Source: an uncultured Bacillota bacterium (GTDB taxonomy: Bacteria > Sysuimicrobiota > Sysuimicrobiia > Sysuimicrobiales > Segetimicrobiaceae). Taken from it: a DNA stretch of 64,000 nt. A program made the translations under genes and the position numbers. The stretch spans positions 64,001 through 128,000 of the forward strand of contig CAWDRG010000011.1 of the NCBI GenBank assembly GCA_963804645.1, given 5' to 3'. Numbering within the stretch: position 1 is the first letter of the stretch; the number at the start of each line of letters is the position of its first letter. The notes beneath the pieces are model-generated. The model was not told the origin of the DNA, did not search any database, and saw nothing but the letters and a program-made list of their open reading frames with translations. Of the stretch, positions 33,796-43,744 are shown in pieces.

Positions 33796-35004
33796 ATGCG
33801 GATCACTGATCTCAGGGCCACGGTCGTGAAGGTATCCCGGTCGGAGTCGCTGTTTTCGGGCGGCGCCGGCGTGCGGGGCGTGGCGCGCCGCGCCCCCGAC
33901 TCGTCGTATCAGATCATCGACCCGTATCCGACCGTGTACTCGACGATGATCGAGACGCTGCTGATCTCCGTCGAGACCGACGCCGGCGTCACCGGCATCG
34001 GCGAAGGACAGTGTCCGGTCGCCCCCGAGGCCGGAGCGGTGCTGGCGGAGCGGCTCCTCCGCCCGCTCCTACTCGGCGAGGATCCCCTCCAGCGGGAGCA
34101 TCTCTACGGGCGGCTGTACTCGTCGATGCGCTGCCGGGGCCACGGCACGGGGTTCTTCGTGGACGTGGTCGCTGCGGTCGACAACGCGCTCTGGGACCTC
34201 GCCGGCCAGGCCGCGGACCAGCCCTGCTGGCATCTGCTCGGCGGCCGCGCGCGCGACCGGATCCCGGCGTACGTCTCGGGCCTCGTCGGCGAGACCCGCG
34301 ACGCCCGGGTGCGCGAGGCGCTGGGGTACCGGGATCAGGGGTTCCACGCGCTGAAGATCTTCGGGGGACACGGCGCGGACGAGGATCTCGCGGAAGCTGC
34401 GGCGCTGCGGGAGGCGCTCGGACCCGACGTCGCTCTGTGCGTCGACCCGCAGTGGATGTACGACCCCCCGACGGCGATCCGGCTCGGCCGGGCCCTCGAG
34501 CGCCTGGGCGTGCTGTTCTTCGAGACCCCGGTCGCGCCCGAGGACGTGCGCGGCACCGCGGCGGTGGCGCGCGCGCTCGACGTGCCCGTCGCCGGGGGCG
34601 AGTGCGAGCGCACGCGCTACCAGTTTCTGCCGTGGCTGGAGGCGGACGCGCTCGATATCGTGCAGATCGACGTCGGGCGCTGCGGCACCACGGAGGCGAG
34701 GAACATCGCGCTGCTCGCGGGTGCGTACCAGCGGCCGATCACCCTGCATCTCGGGGTCGGCCTGTTCGGCTACATCGCGGCGTCGCTGCAGCTCGCGGCC
34801 TGGGCGCCGAACCTGCTGCTGGTGGAATACCAGCCGCAGATGGTCGCGCTCGCCTCCACGCTGCTCGAGGAGCCGTTCACCATCGAGGCGGGCGCGTTCG
34901 TCGTCCCGCCGAGGCCCGGCATCGGCGTGCGGGTGAACCAGGACGCGCTCGAGCCCCACATCGTCCGGCCGCGCGGAGGCCGATGGCGGGACGTGACCGA
35001 GTGA
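33796..35004 (+). CDS. Mandelate racemase/muconate lactonizing enzyme family (probable acid-sugar dehydratase)
   Basis: ETDAGVTGIGE, DNALWDL, LLGG, FETP, GGECE, PGIG. Confidence 0.88.
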   Translation: MRITDLRATVVKVSRSESLFSGGAGVRGVARRAPDSSYQIIDPYPTVYSTMIETLLISVETDAGVTGIGEGQCPVAPEAGAVLAERLLRPLLLGEDPLQREHLYGRLYSSMRCRGHGTGFFVDVVAAVDNALWDLAGQAADQPCWHLLGGRARDRIPAYVSGLVGETRDARVREALGYRDQGFHALKIFGGHGADEDLAEAAALREALGPDVALCVDPQWMYDPPTAIRLGRALERLGVLFFETPVAPEDVRGTAAVARALDVPVAGGECERTRYQFLPWLEADALDIVQIDVGRCGTTEARNIALLAGAYQRPITLHLGVGLFGYIAASLQLAAWAPNLLLVEYQPQMVALASTLLEEPFTIEAGAFVVPPRPGIGVRVNQDALEPHIVRPRGGRWRDVTE

Positions 35005-35042
35005 CCGGCGGAACAGATCCGAGCATCCGGGAGGCGAGATCG

Positions 35043-35915
35043 ATGTCGGAATCGCTGCGCGATCGCGCAGTACGAGAGTACCGCTACGACGCCCTGACGT
35101 GGCAGGAGATCAACGAAGCGGTCGAGCTCAAGAAGGTATTGATTCTCCCGATCGGCGCCACGGAACAGCACGGGCACCATCTCCCGCTGGAGACCGACAC
35201 GAAGCAGGCGACCGCGTTCGCGCTCGAAGCCGGACGCCGCTCCCCGGAAGACCTGCTCGTCCTCCCCGCGGTGGCCTACGGGTACACGCACCACGTCATG
35301 GATTTTCCGGGCACGGTGACGGTCGAACCGAGCACCTTCATCCGACTGCTCCTCGACATCGGCCGCTCGGTCGCGTACCACGGGTTCAAGCGCATCATCA
35401 TGCTCAACGGGCACGGCTCGAATCAGCCGCTGGTCGAGGCCGCGGCGCGGCAGGTCACGCTGCAGACCGACGCGGTCTGCATGTCGCTCGGGTGGTGGCA
35501 GCTCGGCGGCGCGTACTGGAACACGATCCGCACCTCCGGCATGGGCGGGAGCGCGCATGCGTGCGAGATGGAAACATCCGTGCTCTGGCACGTGGACCCG
35601 GACGCGGTGCGCACCGACCGGATCGCCGGCCAGATCCCGGGGTACATGACGCTGCCCGGGGCCGACCGGTGGCACTACCGCGATATCACGCTCGGCTCGG
35701 GTCCGGCGGGCCTGATGGACTGGACCTCGTCGTTCTCGGAAACCGGGTCCAACGGCCTACCGCAGCACGCCACGCCCGAGAAAGGACGCCTCCTGTTCGA
35801 GCACATCGTGGGCCAGCTGATCGAGCTCGTCCGGTGGTTCAGGACGCGGCCCGAGCTGACACGCGTCGACCACCACACGCGCACGCCGACGTTCGGACTG
35901 CCGTTCGACTTCTGA
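35043..35915 (+). CDS. Creatininase family amidohydrolase
   Basis: PIGATEQHGHHLPLETD, NGHGSN, HACEMETS, ATPEKG. Confidence 0.9.
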   Translation: MSESLRDRAVREYRYDALTWQEINEAVELKKVLILPIGATEQHGHHLPLETDTKQATAFALEAGRRSPEDLLVLPAVAYGYTHHVMDFPGTVTVEPSTFIRLLLDIGRSVAYHGFKRIIMLNGHGSNQPLVEAAARQVTLQTDAVCMSLGWWQLGGAYWNTIRTSGMGGSAHACEMETSVLWHVDPDAVRTDRIAGQIPGYMTLPGADRWHYRDITLGSGPAGLMDWTSSFSETGSNGLPQHATPEKGRLLFEHIVGQLIELVRWFRTRPELTRVDHHTRTPTFGLPFDF

Positions 35916-35946
35916 GCGCGCCGCGGGAGCGTCGGGCGCGCCCGCG

Positions 35947-36678
35947 TCACCGCAGCGCCGCGCCGACGCCGAGCACGCCGACGACGGCGAGAAAGCCGAG
36001 GACCAGCCGCTCGAACCCTCGGTCCGACAGGCGGTGCGCCAGGAGCAGGCCCCCGGCGAATCCGACCGCGAGCGCCGGGAGCAGGCGTGCGGCAAACCGG
36101 ACGGTGGCCCCGTCGATCGTGCCCCCGAGCGCGAGCAGCACGACGCTCGTGAGGCTGGACAGAAAGACGTACACGACCATGTTGCTTCGAAATCCGCCTT
36201 TGGTCAGTCCCCGCGCGACGAGATACAGCGCGACCGGCGGGCCGCTCAGGCTGGTGCTGGTCGCCAGCACGCCGCTGAGCGCGCCGACGACCGCGGTCTG
36301 CGCGAAGCTCGTCCCCAGGCGCGGGCGCACGTTGGCAAGCATCGCCACCGCAAACGCCGCCGTGAGCCCCGCGATCGCGGCCTTGAGGGCCTGCGGGCGT
36401 CCCCACCACAGCAGTACCAGGCCGATCGGCATCCCGCACAGGCTCGAGAGATAGAGCGGGCGGACGACGGCCCAATCGACCGTTCGGCGGACCGCCGGCT
36501 GGAGCGTGAGCAGGCCGCTCGCGCAGACGCCGAGCAGTAGCGTCAACACCACCACCCGGGGCGCCGGATACAAGAAGGTCAGCAGCGGCGCGCTCAGCAG
36601 GTTGAACCCGAATCCCGTGGACGCGGCGGCGGCCGCGGCGAGCGCGATGACCAGCGCGGGCACGGTCACGCCCGGCAC
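35947..36678 (-). CDS. Sulfite exporter TauE/SafE family membrane protein
   Basis: GFGFNL..P and SLSGPP motifs, about 8 TM segments. Confidence 0.8.
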   Translation of the reverse strand: MPGVTVPALVIALAAAAAASTGFGFNLLSAPLLTFLYPAPRVVVLTLLLGVCASGLLTLQPAVRRTVDWAVVRPLYLSSLCGMPIGLVLLWWGRPQALKAAIAGLTAAFAVAMLANVRPRLGTSFAQTAVVGALSGVLATSTSLSGPPVALYLVARGLTKGGFRSNMVVYVFLSSLTSVVLLALGGTIDGATVRFAARLLPALAVGFAGGLLLAHRLSDRGFERLVLGFLAVVGVLGVGAALR

Positions 36679-36709
36679 CCGAACGCCGCCGGGCCCGGGC
36701 GCGGCGCGG

Positions 36710-37633
36710 TCACGCGGGGGGCGGCGCGGGCAGAAGGTCCGCGGCGCCGATGAGCCGGCGAAAGGTCCGCGCCGTCTGCTCGTCCCACCCGCTCCGAATC
36801 GGCCCGCGGACGAACGGGGACCGGATCGTCCCGCGGAGCACGAGCAGCTCCTTGACCGCGCGCTGACCGCCGAGATGCGTCTCGAACGCGATGAGCGGCA
36901 GGTACCGCGCCAGGACATCCGCGGCCTCCCGCACGTCGCCCGCGCGGTAGCGGTCGAGCACGCGCACGAACACTTCCGGGAGCAGGCTGCTCGGCATCGT
37001 CCCGGCGGCCCCCTGCTCGAGCTCTTCGAGAAACACAATGCCGCCCGTCCCGCCAAAGATGCTCTGCACCGCGCCCGCGCCCAACCGCCGCATCTGACCG
37101 ATCTTGACCGGCGCCCGCATCGACTCGACCTTGAAGCAGGTGAGCCGGTCCACGGTCCGGGCGAGATCCACTAGAAACGGGGCGGGCATCGTAATCCCGC
37201 TGAGCGGATGATCCTGGAGGATCAAAGGGACGGTGGTCGCGCGCGCGAGGGCCTCACTGTGCCGGCGGATCCCCTCGAGATCCGACAGCCACTGCCCGAA
37301 GAACGGCGGGAGAAACATCACCGCGGCGGCCCCAAGATCCTCCGCCTCGCGCGCGTACCGCACCGCCCCGACGGTGCTCGGATGGTTGCACGTCGCCACC
37401 ACCGGGACGCGTCCCGCGGCATGCCTGACCACCGACGCGATGACGCGGGTGCGCTCCCCGTCGGACAGCGCGTACCCTTCGCTGGCGTTGGCCAGCACCA
37501 CCAGCCCGTGAACGCCCGCCCGAAGCAGCGCATCGATTGTGTCGAGCTGCCCCGCCTCGTCGAGCTCCCCGCGATCGTCGAAAATCGTGGGGACGATCGG
37601 GAAGATACCGTCCAGGGCGCGTGCGTTCAGCAT
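36710..37633 (-). CDS. DHDPS/NAL family protein, AraD-like (2-keto-3-deoxy-pentonate dehydratase-like)
   Basis: PIVPTIF, LANASE in place of GTTGE, LQDHP, Schiff-base FKVE. Confidence 0.8.
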   Translation of the reverse strand: MLNARALDGIFPIVPTIFDDRGELDEAGQLDTIDALLRAGVHGLVVLANASEGYALSDGERTRVIASVVRHAAGRVPVVATCNHPSTVGAVRYAREAEDLGAAAVMFLPPFFGQWLSDLEGIRRHSEALARATTVPLILQDHPLSGITMPAPFLVDLARTVDRLTCFKVESMRAPVKIGQMRRLGAGAVQSIFGGTGGIVFLEELEQGAAGTMPSSLLPEVFVRVLDRYRAGDVREAADVLARYLPLIAFETHLGGQRAVKELLVLRGTIRSPFVRGPIRSGWDEQTARTFRRLIGAADLLPAPPPA

Positions 37634-37783
37634 CGAGGTTCCATGCTTCTCCCCGCCGCCACCCTTCCCCCTGGTGCAACTTTTTCTCGCGCCGTGACGC
37701 TTAGGAGTGGCGGTCCCGGCTCAACGCGCCATCCATCGACGGCCAATCTATCGAATATTCTCTAGAACCGCCGGTAAAGGATA

Positions 37784-37801
37784 CCTTAGGAGGCCCTAAG
37801 G
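37784..37801. promoter_or_regulatory. DtxR/MntR(SirR)-like operator palindrome, copy 1
   Basis: CCTTAGG-AGGC-CCTAAGG. Confidence 0.6.
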
Positions 37802-37902
37802 CACGGCCCGCCTGGCCGTGCGCAATCAAGAATACAGTGCCGGGCTGATTGACGCGATGGGAGGATTGAATACAATTGTTGAGAAATTTGGTATACAATC
37901 GA

Positions 37903-37916
37903 TTAGGTGGCCCTAA
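37903..37916. promoter_or_regulatory. DtxR/MntR(SirR)-like operator palindrome, copy 2
   Basis: TTAGG-TGGC-CCTAA just after TACAAT (37894-37899), upstream of FTR1. Confidence 0.65.
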
Positions 37917-37972
37917 CGAAAGGCCGCCGAGACCGGGGGCCGGGGGCTCAGGCATGGCGTGGCAGCGCCTAA

Positions 37973-38920
37973 ATGCGAGGTCGGTATTTATCGCGACTGG
38001 CTTCGCTGCTGGTCGTCGGGCTCTTCGTCTGGCAGGGGCTGACGGCCCATGGGAATCCGGACCCGACGAACAAGCACCTCACCCCGCTCGCGGCCGTGGT
38101 CGATACCGGCATCTTGGTATTCCGGGAGGGCCTCGAGTCGATTCTCGTGCTGTCCGCCATCACTGCGAGCCTGTCTCGGACCGACCGGCGGTGGGGCCAG
38201 CCGGTCGCGGCGGGAGCCGGGCTGGCGTTTCTCACGACGATCGCGACGTGGTTTGTGGTCGTCGCGATCCTCGCCGATGTGAACGCCCCCGAGCTGGACC
38301 TGCAGGCCGCGACCGGCCTGCTCGCGGTCGTCGTGCTGCTCGTGATCATGAACTGGTTCTTCCATAAAGTTTACTGGAAGGGGTGGATCACCCAGCACAC
38401 CCGGACGGAACGCGCGCTGCTCGACAACCCGTCCACGCCGGGCTCGGTGATCTTCCGGGGGCTCCTGCTGCTTGGGTTCGCCTCGGTCTACCGTGAGGGG
38501 TTCGAAGTGGTGCTGTTCCTCCAAAGCCTGCGGCTCCAGGTCGGGACGCACATCGTGCTGCTCGGCAGCGTGATCGGCGTGGCGCTGACCCTGGTCGTCG
38601 CCACGGTGAACTTCGTCTACCACCACCGCCTCCCGTACCGCAAGATGCTGATTCTGACCGGCATCCTGCTCGGCGGCGTGCTGCTCGTCATGGTCGGCGA
38701 GACCGTTCAGGAGATGCAGCAGGCGGGCTGGATCGCCACCACCAAGCTCCTGCACTTCGAACTGCCGGACTGGATGAACGTCTGGTTCTCCCTGTACAAC
38801 AGCCGCGAGAGCATCACGGCGCAGCTGTTGGCGTTCCTCTTCGTCGTCGGATCGTATCTGATGGCGACCCGCACGCGGGTCGGCCGGGCCGCTCGCGAGG
38901 CCGTCGCGCGCCCCAACTAG
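37973..38920 (+). CDS. FTR1/EfeU family iron permease
   Basis: Two RExxE motifs (FREGLE, YREGFE); multiple TM segments. Confidence 0.9.
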   Translation: MRGRYLSRLASLLVVGLFVWQGLTAHGNPDPTNKHLTPLAAVVDTGILVFREGLESILVLSAITASLSRTDRRWGQPVAAGAGLAFLTTIATWFVVVAILADVNAPELDLQAATGLLAVVVLLVIMNWFFHKVYWKGWITQHTRTERALLDNPSTPGSVIFRGLLLLGFASVYREGFEVVLFLQSLRLQVGTHIVLLGSVIGVALTLVVATVNFVYHHRLPYRKMLILTGILLGGVLLVMVGETVQEMQQAGWIATTKLLHFELPDWMNVWFSLYNSRESITAQLLAFLFVVGSYLMATRTRVGRAAREAVARPN

Positions 38921-39112
38921 GCCGCAGGCGGCCGGGCTCCGGCGCGCGCAGTGCCACGTGATTAGTCACGCCCGCGTTGGCCCGTGGCCTCATCGAGTGC
39001 AGACGCTCTGCTTGGCCGCAACCACCCAGGGACAGGAACGACAGTCAAGAACGGGGAAAATGCGCGCTGCAGGGTGCCGTGCTGCCGTAGCGTCACACTC
39101 CGCGGGGGCCGA

Positions 39113-39901
39113 ATGAGCACCGTTCGAATCGCACTCGCCAACATCCGCTTCCCGTCGACTCCCGAGGAGTCGGTGGCGTTGGCCGAAGAGGCCATCGGCG
39201 ACGCGGCCAGTGAGCGTGCCGACCTGATCTGCTTTCCCGAATGCTACATTCCGGGCTACCGCGCCATGGGGAAGCAGATACCGCCACCCGATCCTGGGTT
39301 CCTCGAACGAGCCTGGTCCGCCATCGCCGCGGCCGCGGCGAAGCACTCTCTCGCCGTGGTGCTCGGCACCGAACGCGTCGTGGATCGCGCCTTGTTGATC
39401 ACTGCGCTGGTCATCGCTCGAGACGGGACCATGGTCGGGTTCCAAGATAAAGAGCAACTCGACCCCTCCGAGGAGGCCGTCTATGCGCCCGGGTCTGGGA
39501 GGCGGGTGTTCCAATCCGGTCCGCTGACATTCGGGATCGCGATCTGCCACGAGGGGTGGCGCTACCCGGAAACGGTCCGCTGGGCCGCCCGGCGCGGAGC
39601 ACACATCGTGTTCCACCCGCATTTCCACGAAGCCGAGCCCGGCGGGTACGTGCCATCGACCTTCGCCGATCCGGCGAACTCATTCCATGAAAAGGCGGTG
39701 TTGTGCCGCGCCGCCGAGAATACCTGCTACGTTGCGAGCGTGAACTGTGCAAGTGCTGGGTCGCCGACCACGTCGGCGGTGGTGCGGCCCGACGGGACGC
39801 TGCTCAGCTACCAGCCCTACGGGAAACACGGGCTGCTCATCGCCGACATCGACACCACTGCGGCCACGGGACTTCTCGCGGCCCGCTGCAAATCGGCCTA
39901 G
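39113..39901 (+). CDS. Carbon-nitrogen hydrolase (nitrilase superfamily)
   Basis: FPEC, QDK, ICHE catalytic triad; RAAEN. Confidence 0.9.
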   Translation: MSTVRIALANIRFPSTPEESVALAEEAIGDAASERADLICFPECYIPGYRAMGKQIPPPDPGFLERAWSAIAAAAAKHSLAVVLGTERVVDRALLITALVIARDGTMVGFQDKEQLDPSEEAVYAPGSGRRVFQSGPLTFGIAICHEGWRYPETVRWAARRGAHIVFHPHFHEAEPGGYVPSTFADPANSFHEKAVLCRAAENTCYVASVNCASAGSPTTSAVVRPDGTLLSYQPYGKHGLLIADIDTTAATGLLAARCKSA

Positions 39902-40083
39902 AGGCTCCCCCGCCTCCGACCCATTCGCGACGGCCGCCATCGCCGTGCCGCGGCCACCGGCAACGCCCTGCCGACCCACCCGAGTTGGAGCGACTCGGCC
40001 GGCACTGGAGCCTGGTCACCACAGTCGTCGTGATGAACCCACCGGCGACGTCCAACGTGCGCGGGCGCGAGGGCCGTCACGGC

Positions 40084-40626
40084 CTACGGCGCGTCCCAGA
40101 TGTGGTGAAACTCGCGCGCATACGCCTGGGCGACGGATGCGCTGTCAATGATCACCAGATTCTCCCAGTTCCGATCCTCGGCGCTGTACGTCCAATTGAA
40201 GCTCCCGGTGAGCACCCGGGCCTCGTCGACGACGGCAAACTTGTCGTGCAAGATCCCCGAGGCACCGCCGATACCGGCACGAATGCGCGCGTGGCTGCCG
40301 AAGATCTGCGCCATGCGGTAGCTTTGACTCCCCCGATCGTGCGATACACTCTGATCCATCAGCAACCACACGTCAACGTGGCGCTGCGAGGCGGCGACGA
40401 GGGCGTCCGCGATCTGCGTCTCCGTAAACTCGTAGATGGCAACGAGGATCTCGCGCCGCGCCGACGTAAACGCCCGCACGACGGCGTCCCCGGGCCGATC
40501 CTGAGGACTGAAGTACACCGTGATGGAGCCCGTCGCCGTGGACGACTGCCCGAGCGCCGGCGGCACGCCCGCCAGCATCAGCAGCACGAACACGATCGTG
40601 CACCCGCGGCAGGCGGTGCGCATCAC
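40084..40626 (-). CDS. Secreted single-HKD phospholipase D/Nuc-like nuclease
   Basis: Signal peptide, YFSP, HDKFAVVD, TGSFNWT, NWEN. Confidence 0.88.
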   Translation of the reverse strand: MMRTACRGCTIVFVLLMLAGVPPALGQSSTATGSITVYFSPQDRPGDAVVRAFTSARREILVAIYEFTETQIADALVAASQRHVDVWLLMDQSVSHDRGSQSYRMAQIFGSHARIRAGIGGASGILHDKFAVVDEARVLTGSFNWTYSAEDRNWENLVIIDSASVAQAYAREFHHIWDAP

Positions 40627-40952
40627 GTGATCACTCCCTCATGCGCACGGCATCGGTGCGCGGACGGATGGTTCGGTTGAGATCGGCGAACCGGGCAGGG
40701 GCACAGATGAGGCACCCCGGCTGAGCCTGCGCAGGGTTACGCGCCTGACGGGCGGCACCCCTGCTTTCCGGGACGCACGGACCGGGCTCCCCATGCGCAC
40801 GCGACGGAGGAGACCGCGTGACGCGCATCGCAATCCACTACAGACAACTGGCGGCAGCACGGGTGGGAGGGCGTGATGGCGAAGACACGTGGTCACAAGG
40901 GTCCACGATTCGGTGTTGACGCGGACGGGAGCACGTCCCGCGGAGCGGCACG

Positions 40953-41726
40953 ATGACCACCAACCAGGCCAAGGCGAAACTCCGCGACGGCGGGACCGCG
41001 CTCGGGACGATGGTCTCGGAGATGCGCGATGAAGAAGTGGCGTATGTGCTGGCGGCCGCGGGCTTCGACTTCTTCGTGATCGACACCGAACACGGATCGG
41101 CCAACATGGAGACGGTCCAGCGGCTCTCCCGCGCGGCGCGCAGCGCCGGCATCGCGCCGCTCGTTCGCGTGACGGAGATCGGCTACTCGTTTATCGCGAG
41201 GACGTTGGATGCCGGCGCGATGGGCCTCATGGTCCCGCATGTCGAAACGGCCGACGACGCCCGAACGATCGTGCGGTACGCGAAGTTCCCGCCGGTTGGC
41301 GAGCGGGGGTTCGGGTTGAGAAGCGCCGTGACCGACTACTCGGGCGCGTCGGTCCCGGACGCGATCGCCTGGTCCAACGCGGAAACGATGGTGATGGCGC
41401 AAGTGGAAAGCCAGCGCTGCCTCGACAATTTGGAGGAGATCGCGGCGGTGCCGGGCATTGACGTTCTCCTCATCGGCCCGACCGATCTCAGCATCGCGCT
41501 CGGCGTGCCGGGGCAGCTGCTGCACCCGAAGATGGAGGACGCCTACCGGCGCGTGGCCGATGTCGCGACTCGCCACCACATCGCCGGAGGGGTCCATCCC
41601 GCCGACATCAAGGTCGTGCAGCGCGGCCGGGACCTCGGGCTGCGGTGTCTCATGTACTCCGCCGACATCCGTCTCTTATGGGTGGCCGCGCGGGATGCGG
41701 TGCAAGCTCTGCGTCCGCGATCGTGA
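40953..41726 (+). CDS. HpcH/HpaI aldolase family protein
   Basis: DTEHG, LDAGAMG, PPVGERG, QVES, IGPTDLS. Confidence 0.9.
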   Translation: MTTNQAKAKLRDGGTALGTMVSEMRDEEVAYVLAAAGFDFFVIDTEHGSANMETVQRLSRAARSAGIAPLVRVTEIGYSFIARTLDAGAMGLMVPHVETADDARTIVRYAKFPPVGERGFGLRSAVTDYSGASVPDAIAWSNAETMVMAQVESQRCLDNLEEIAAVPGIDVLLIGPTDLSIALGVPGQLLHPKMEDAYRRVADVATRHHIAGGVHPADIKVVQRGRDLGLRCLMYSADIRLLWVAARDAVQALRPRS

Positions 41727-41776
41727 CGAGTGGGGCGGAGGCACAACCGTAGCGCGCGGGTCCCGCTCCCCGCGAG

Positions 41777-42535
41777 TCAGCCCATGTAGCTTCCGCCGTT
41801 GACGTCGATCGTCACACCGGTCAGGTACGAGGAGTCGGGACCGGCCAAAAACCCGACGACGCGCGCCACGTCCTCGGCCGTGCCAAACCGTCCCAGGGGG
41901 ATGCGCGCGATAAAGCTCTGACGAAGCTCGGCGGACCAGTGGCGGGTCATCTCCGTCGCGATCGGCCCCGGCGCGACCGCGTTGACCCTGATCCCGCTGG
42001 GGCCGTAGTGCCTGGCCAGGGTCCGGGTCACCCCGACGATCCCGGCCTTACTCGCGGCGTAGTCGACGCCGGTGGCGATCCCCCCGACTCTCGCGGCGAT
42101 CGACGAGATGTTCACGATCGCCCCGTGCCCGCGGCGCACCATCCCCGGCAGGACGGCCTGCGTCACAAAGACGACGGTCTTCAAGTTGATGCCGACGGTG
42201 CGGTCCCACTGCTCCTCCGTCAGTTCCGGCGTCGGGACCTCGCTGATCACCCCGGCATTATTCACGAGAATGTCGAGCTGGCCGAACGCCGCGATCGCGG
42301 CCTCGACCATCGGCCCGACATTCCGAAGCTCCGAGAGATCGACCGCAAGGGCGACGGCCCTCCCGCCGGCGGCCTGCACAGCCCGTGCCGCGGCCTCCGC
42401 TTCCTGCGCGAGGCGATCCGCGATCACCACCGCGGCGCCGGCGCCGCTCAACAGATCCGCACACGCGCGCCCGATCCCGCGGGCCCCCCCGGTCACCAGC
42501 GCGACCTGCCCCGTCAACGCGCCGTCTGGAGCCAC
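41777..42535 (-). CDS. SDR family oxidoreductase (FabG-like)
   Basis: TGGARGIG, NNAG, YAASK, NAVAPG, DVNGG. Confidence 0.9.
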   Translation of the reverse strand: MAPDGALTGQVALVTGGARGIGRACADLLSGAGAAVVIADRLAQEAEAAARAVQAAGGRAVALAVDLSELRNVGPMVEAAIAAFGQLDILVNNAGVISEVPTPELTEEQWDRTVGINLKTVVFVTQAVLPGMVRRGHGAIVNISSIAARVGGIATGVDYAASKAGIVGVTRTLARHYGPSGIRVNAVAPGPIATEMTRHWSAELRQSFIARIPLGRFGTAEDVARVVGFLAGPDSSYLTGVTIDVNGGSYMG

Positions 42536-42703
42536 GCGGTCCCTCCCCTCGCCGTCCTGTCCCGCACGCACACGCCCGGTGCTCGACCGGAGCCGATCCA
42601 TTCGACCCCACGTCGGGACACCGGAGGATCGCTTCGCCGGCGCCACGAAACGTCCTGGAGCAGAGCCGCCGTCAAGGCCGCTCCGTCGTGAAGGGGGCGC
42701 GCC

Positions 42704-43744
42704 ATTTCCCGTCTTGAGTTTGGATTCTGCGTGCCGCTGTTTGCCAATCCCGGGGCGGCATTTTTCCGCACCCCGGCGTGGACTGCGCTCGACCCGGTCG
42801 CGGCGGTCGACGCCGCCGTCGCGGCGGAGCGTCTCGGGTACGACTCGGTGTGGGTCGCCGACCATTTGATGCACGGTCACGACGGCGGCATCCTGGAAGG
42901 CTGGACGACGCTGTCGGTCATCGCCGGTCGCACGAGCCGCGTGAAGCTCGGCCCGATTCACCTGGCCCAGCCGTTTCGCGCCCCCGCCCTCGCCGCCAAG
43001 ATGGCCGCCACGCTCGACGCGCTCTCCGGCGGCCGGCTCATCTTCTTCTACGACTGCGGCTGGCAGGAACCGGAGGTGCGCGCGTACGGCCTGCCGTGGC
43101 CGTCCGAGGAGGAGCGCATCGACCGGATGGAGGAAGGCCTTCGGCTGATCGATGCGCTCTGGCGCGCCGACGAGCCGCTCAACTTTGCCGGCACGTACTT
43201 TTCGACCGCGGGCGCGATCTGCCGCCCCCACCCGCTCCAGCAACCGCGGCCGCCGGTCTGGCTCGGCGAAGCCCGAACCGACCGCTGGCTCGACGCCATC
43301 TGCCGCCACGCCGACGGCTGGAACAGCACGCCGGCAAGCCTCCCCCGGCTCGAGGACAAGCTCGGCAAACTCCGGGCCGCCTGCGGCCGTGCCGGCCGGG
43401 ACCCCGCCGCACTCACGATCTCGCTCGAAACGCAGGTGCTGATCGCCCCCACCGAAGCGGACCTGCGGGCGCAGGCACGGGCGATCGCCGCGCTCCCGCC
43501 ATCGCCGCGCGGGGCCGTCCGCACCGACCTCGTGACGGCGCTGCACGGGAACGACCCGCGCCCGATGACCGAGCTCATGGACGGCTGGGTCGCCGGGACG
43601 CCCGAGCAGGTCGTCCAGCGGCTGCGCGCCTACGCCGGTCTCGGCGTGTCGCACTTCATGCTGTGGTTCTTGGACTTCCCGTCCCGCGCGGGGATGCAGC
43701 TGTTCGCCGAGCAGGTGATGCCGGCGCTGCGGACCGGCGCATGA
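42704..43744 (+). CDS. LLM class flavin-dependent oxidoreductase (start either ATT 42704 or GTG 42731)
   Basis: AERLGYDSVWVADH, AATLDALSGGR, PPVWLG, ADGWN, GTPEQV. Confidence 0.85.
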   Translation: MSRLEFGFCVPLFANPGAAFFRTPAWTALDPVAAVDAAVAAERLGYDSVWVADHLMHGHDGGILEGWTTLSVIAGRTSRVKLGPIHLAQPFRAPALAAKMAATLDALSGGRLIFFYDCGWQEPEVRAYGLPWPSEEERIDRMEEGLRLIDALWRADEPLNFAGTYFSTAGAICRPHPLQQPRPPVWLGEARTDRWLDAICRHADGWNSTPASLPRLEDKLGKLRAACGRAGRDPAALTISLETQVLIAPTEADLRAQARAIAALPPSPRGAVRTDLVTALHGNDPRPMTELMDGWVAGTPEQVVQRLRAYAGLGVSHFMLWFLDFPSRAGMQLFAEQVMPALRTGA

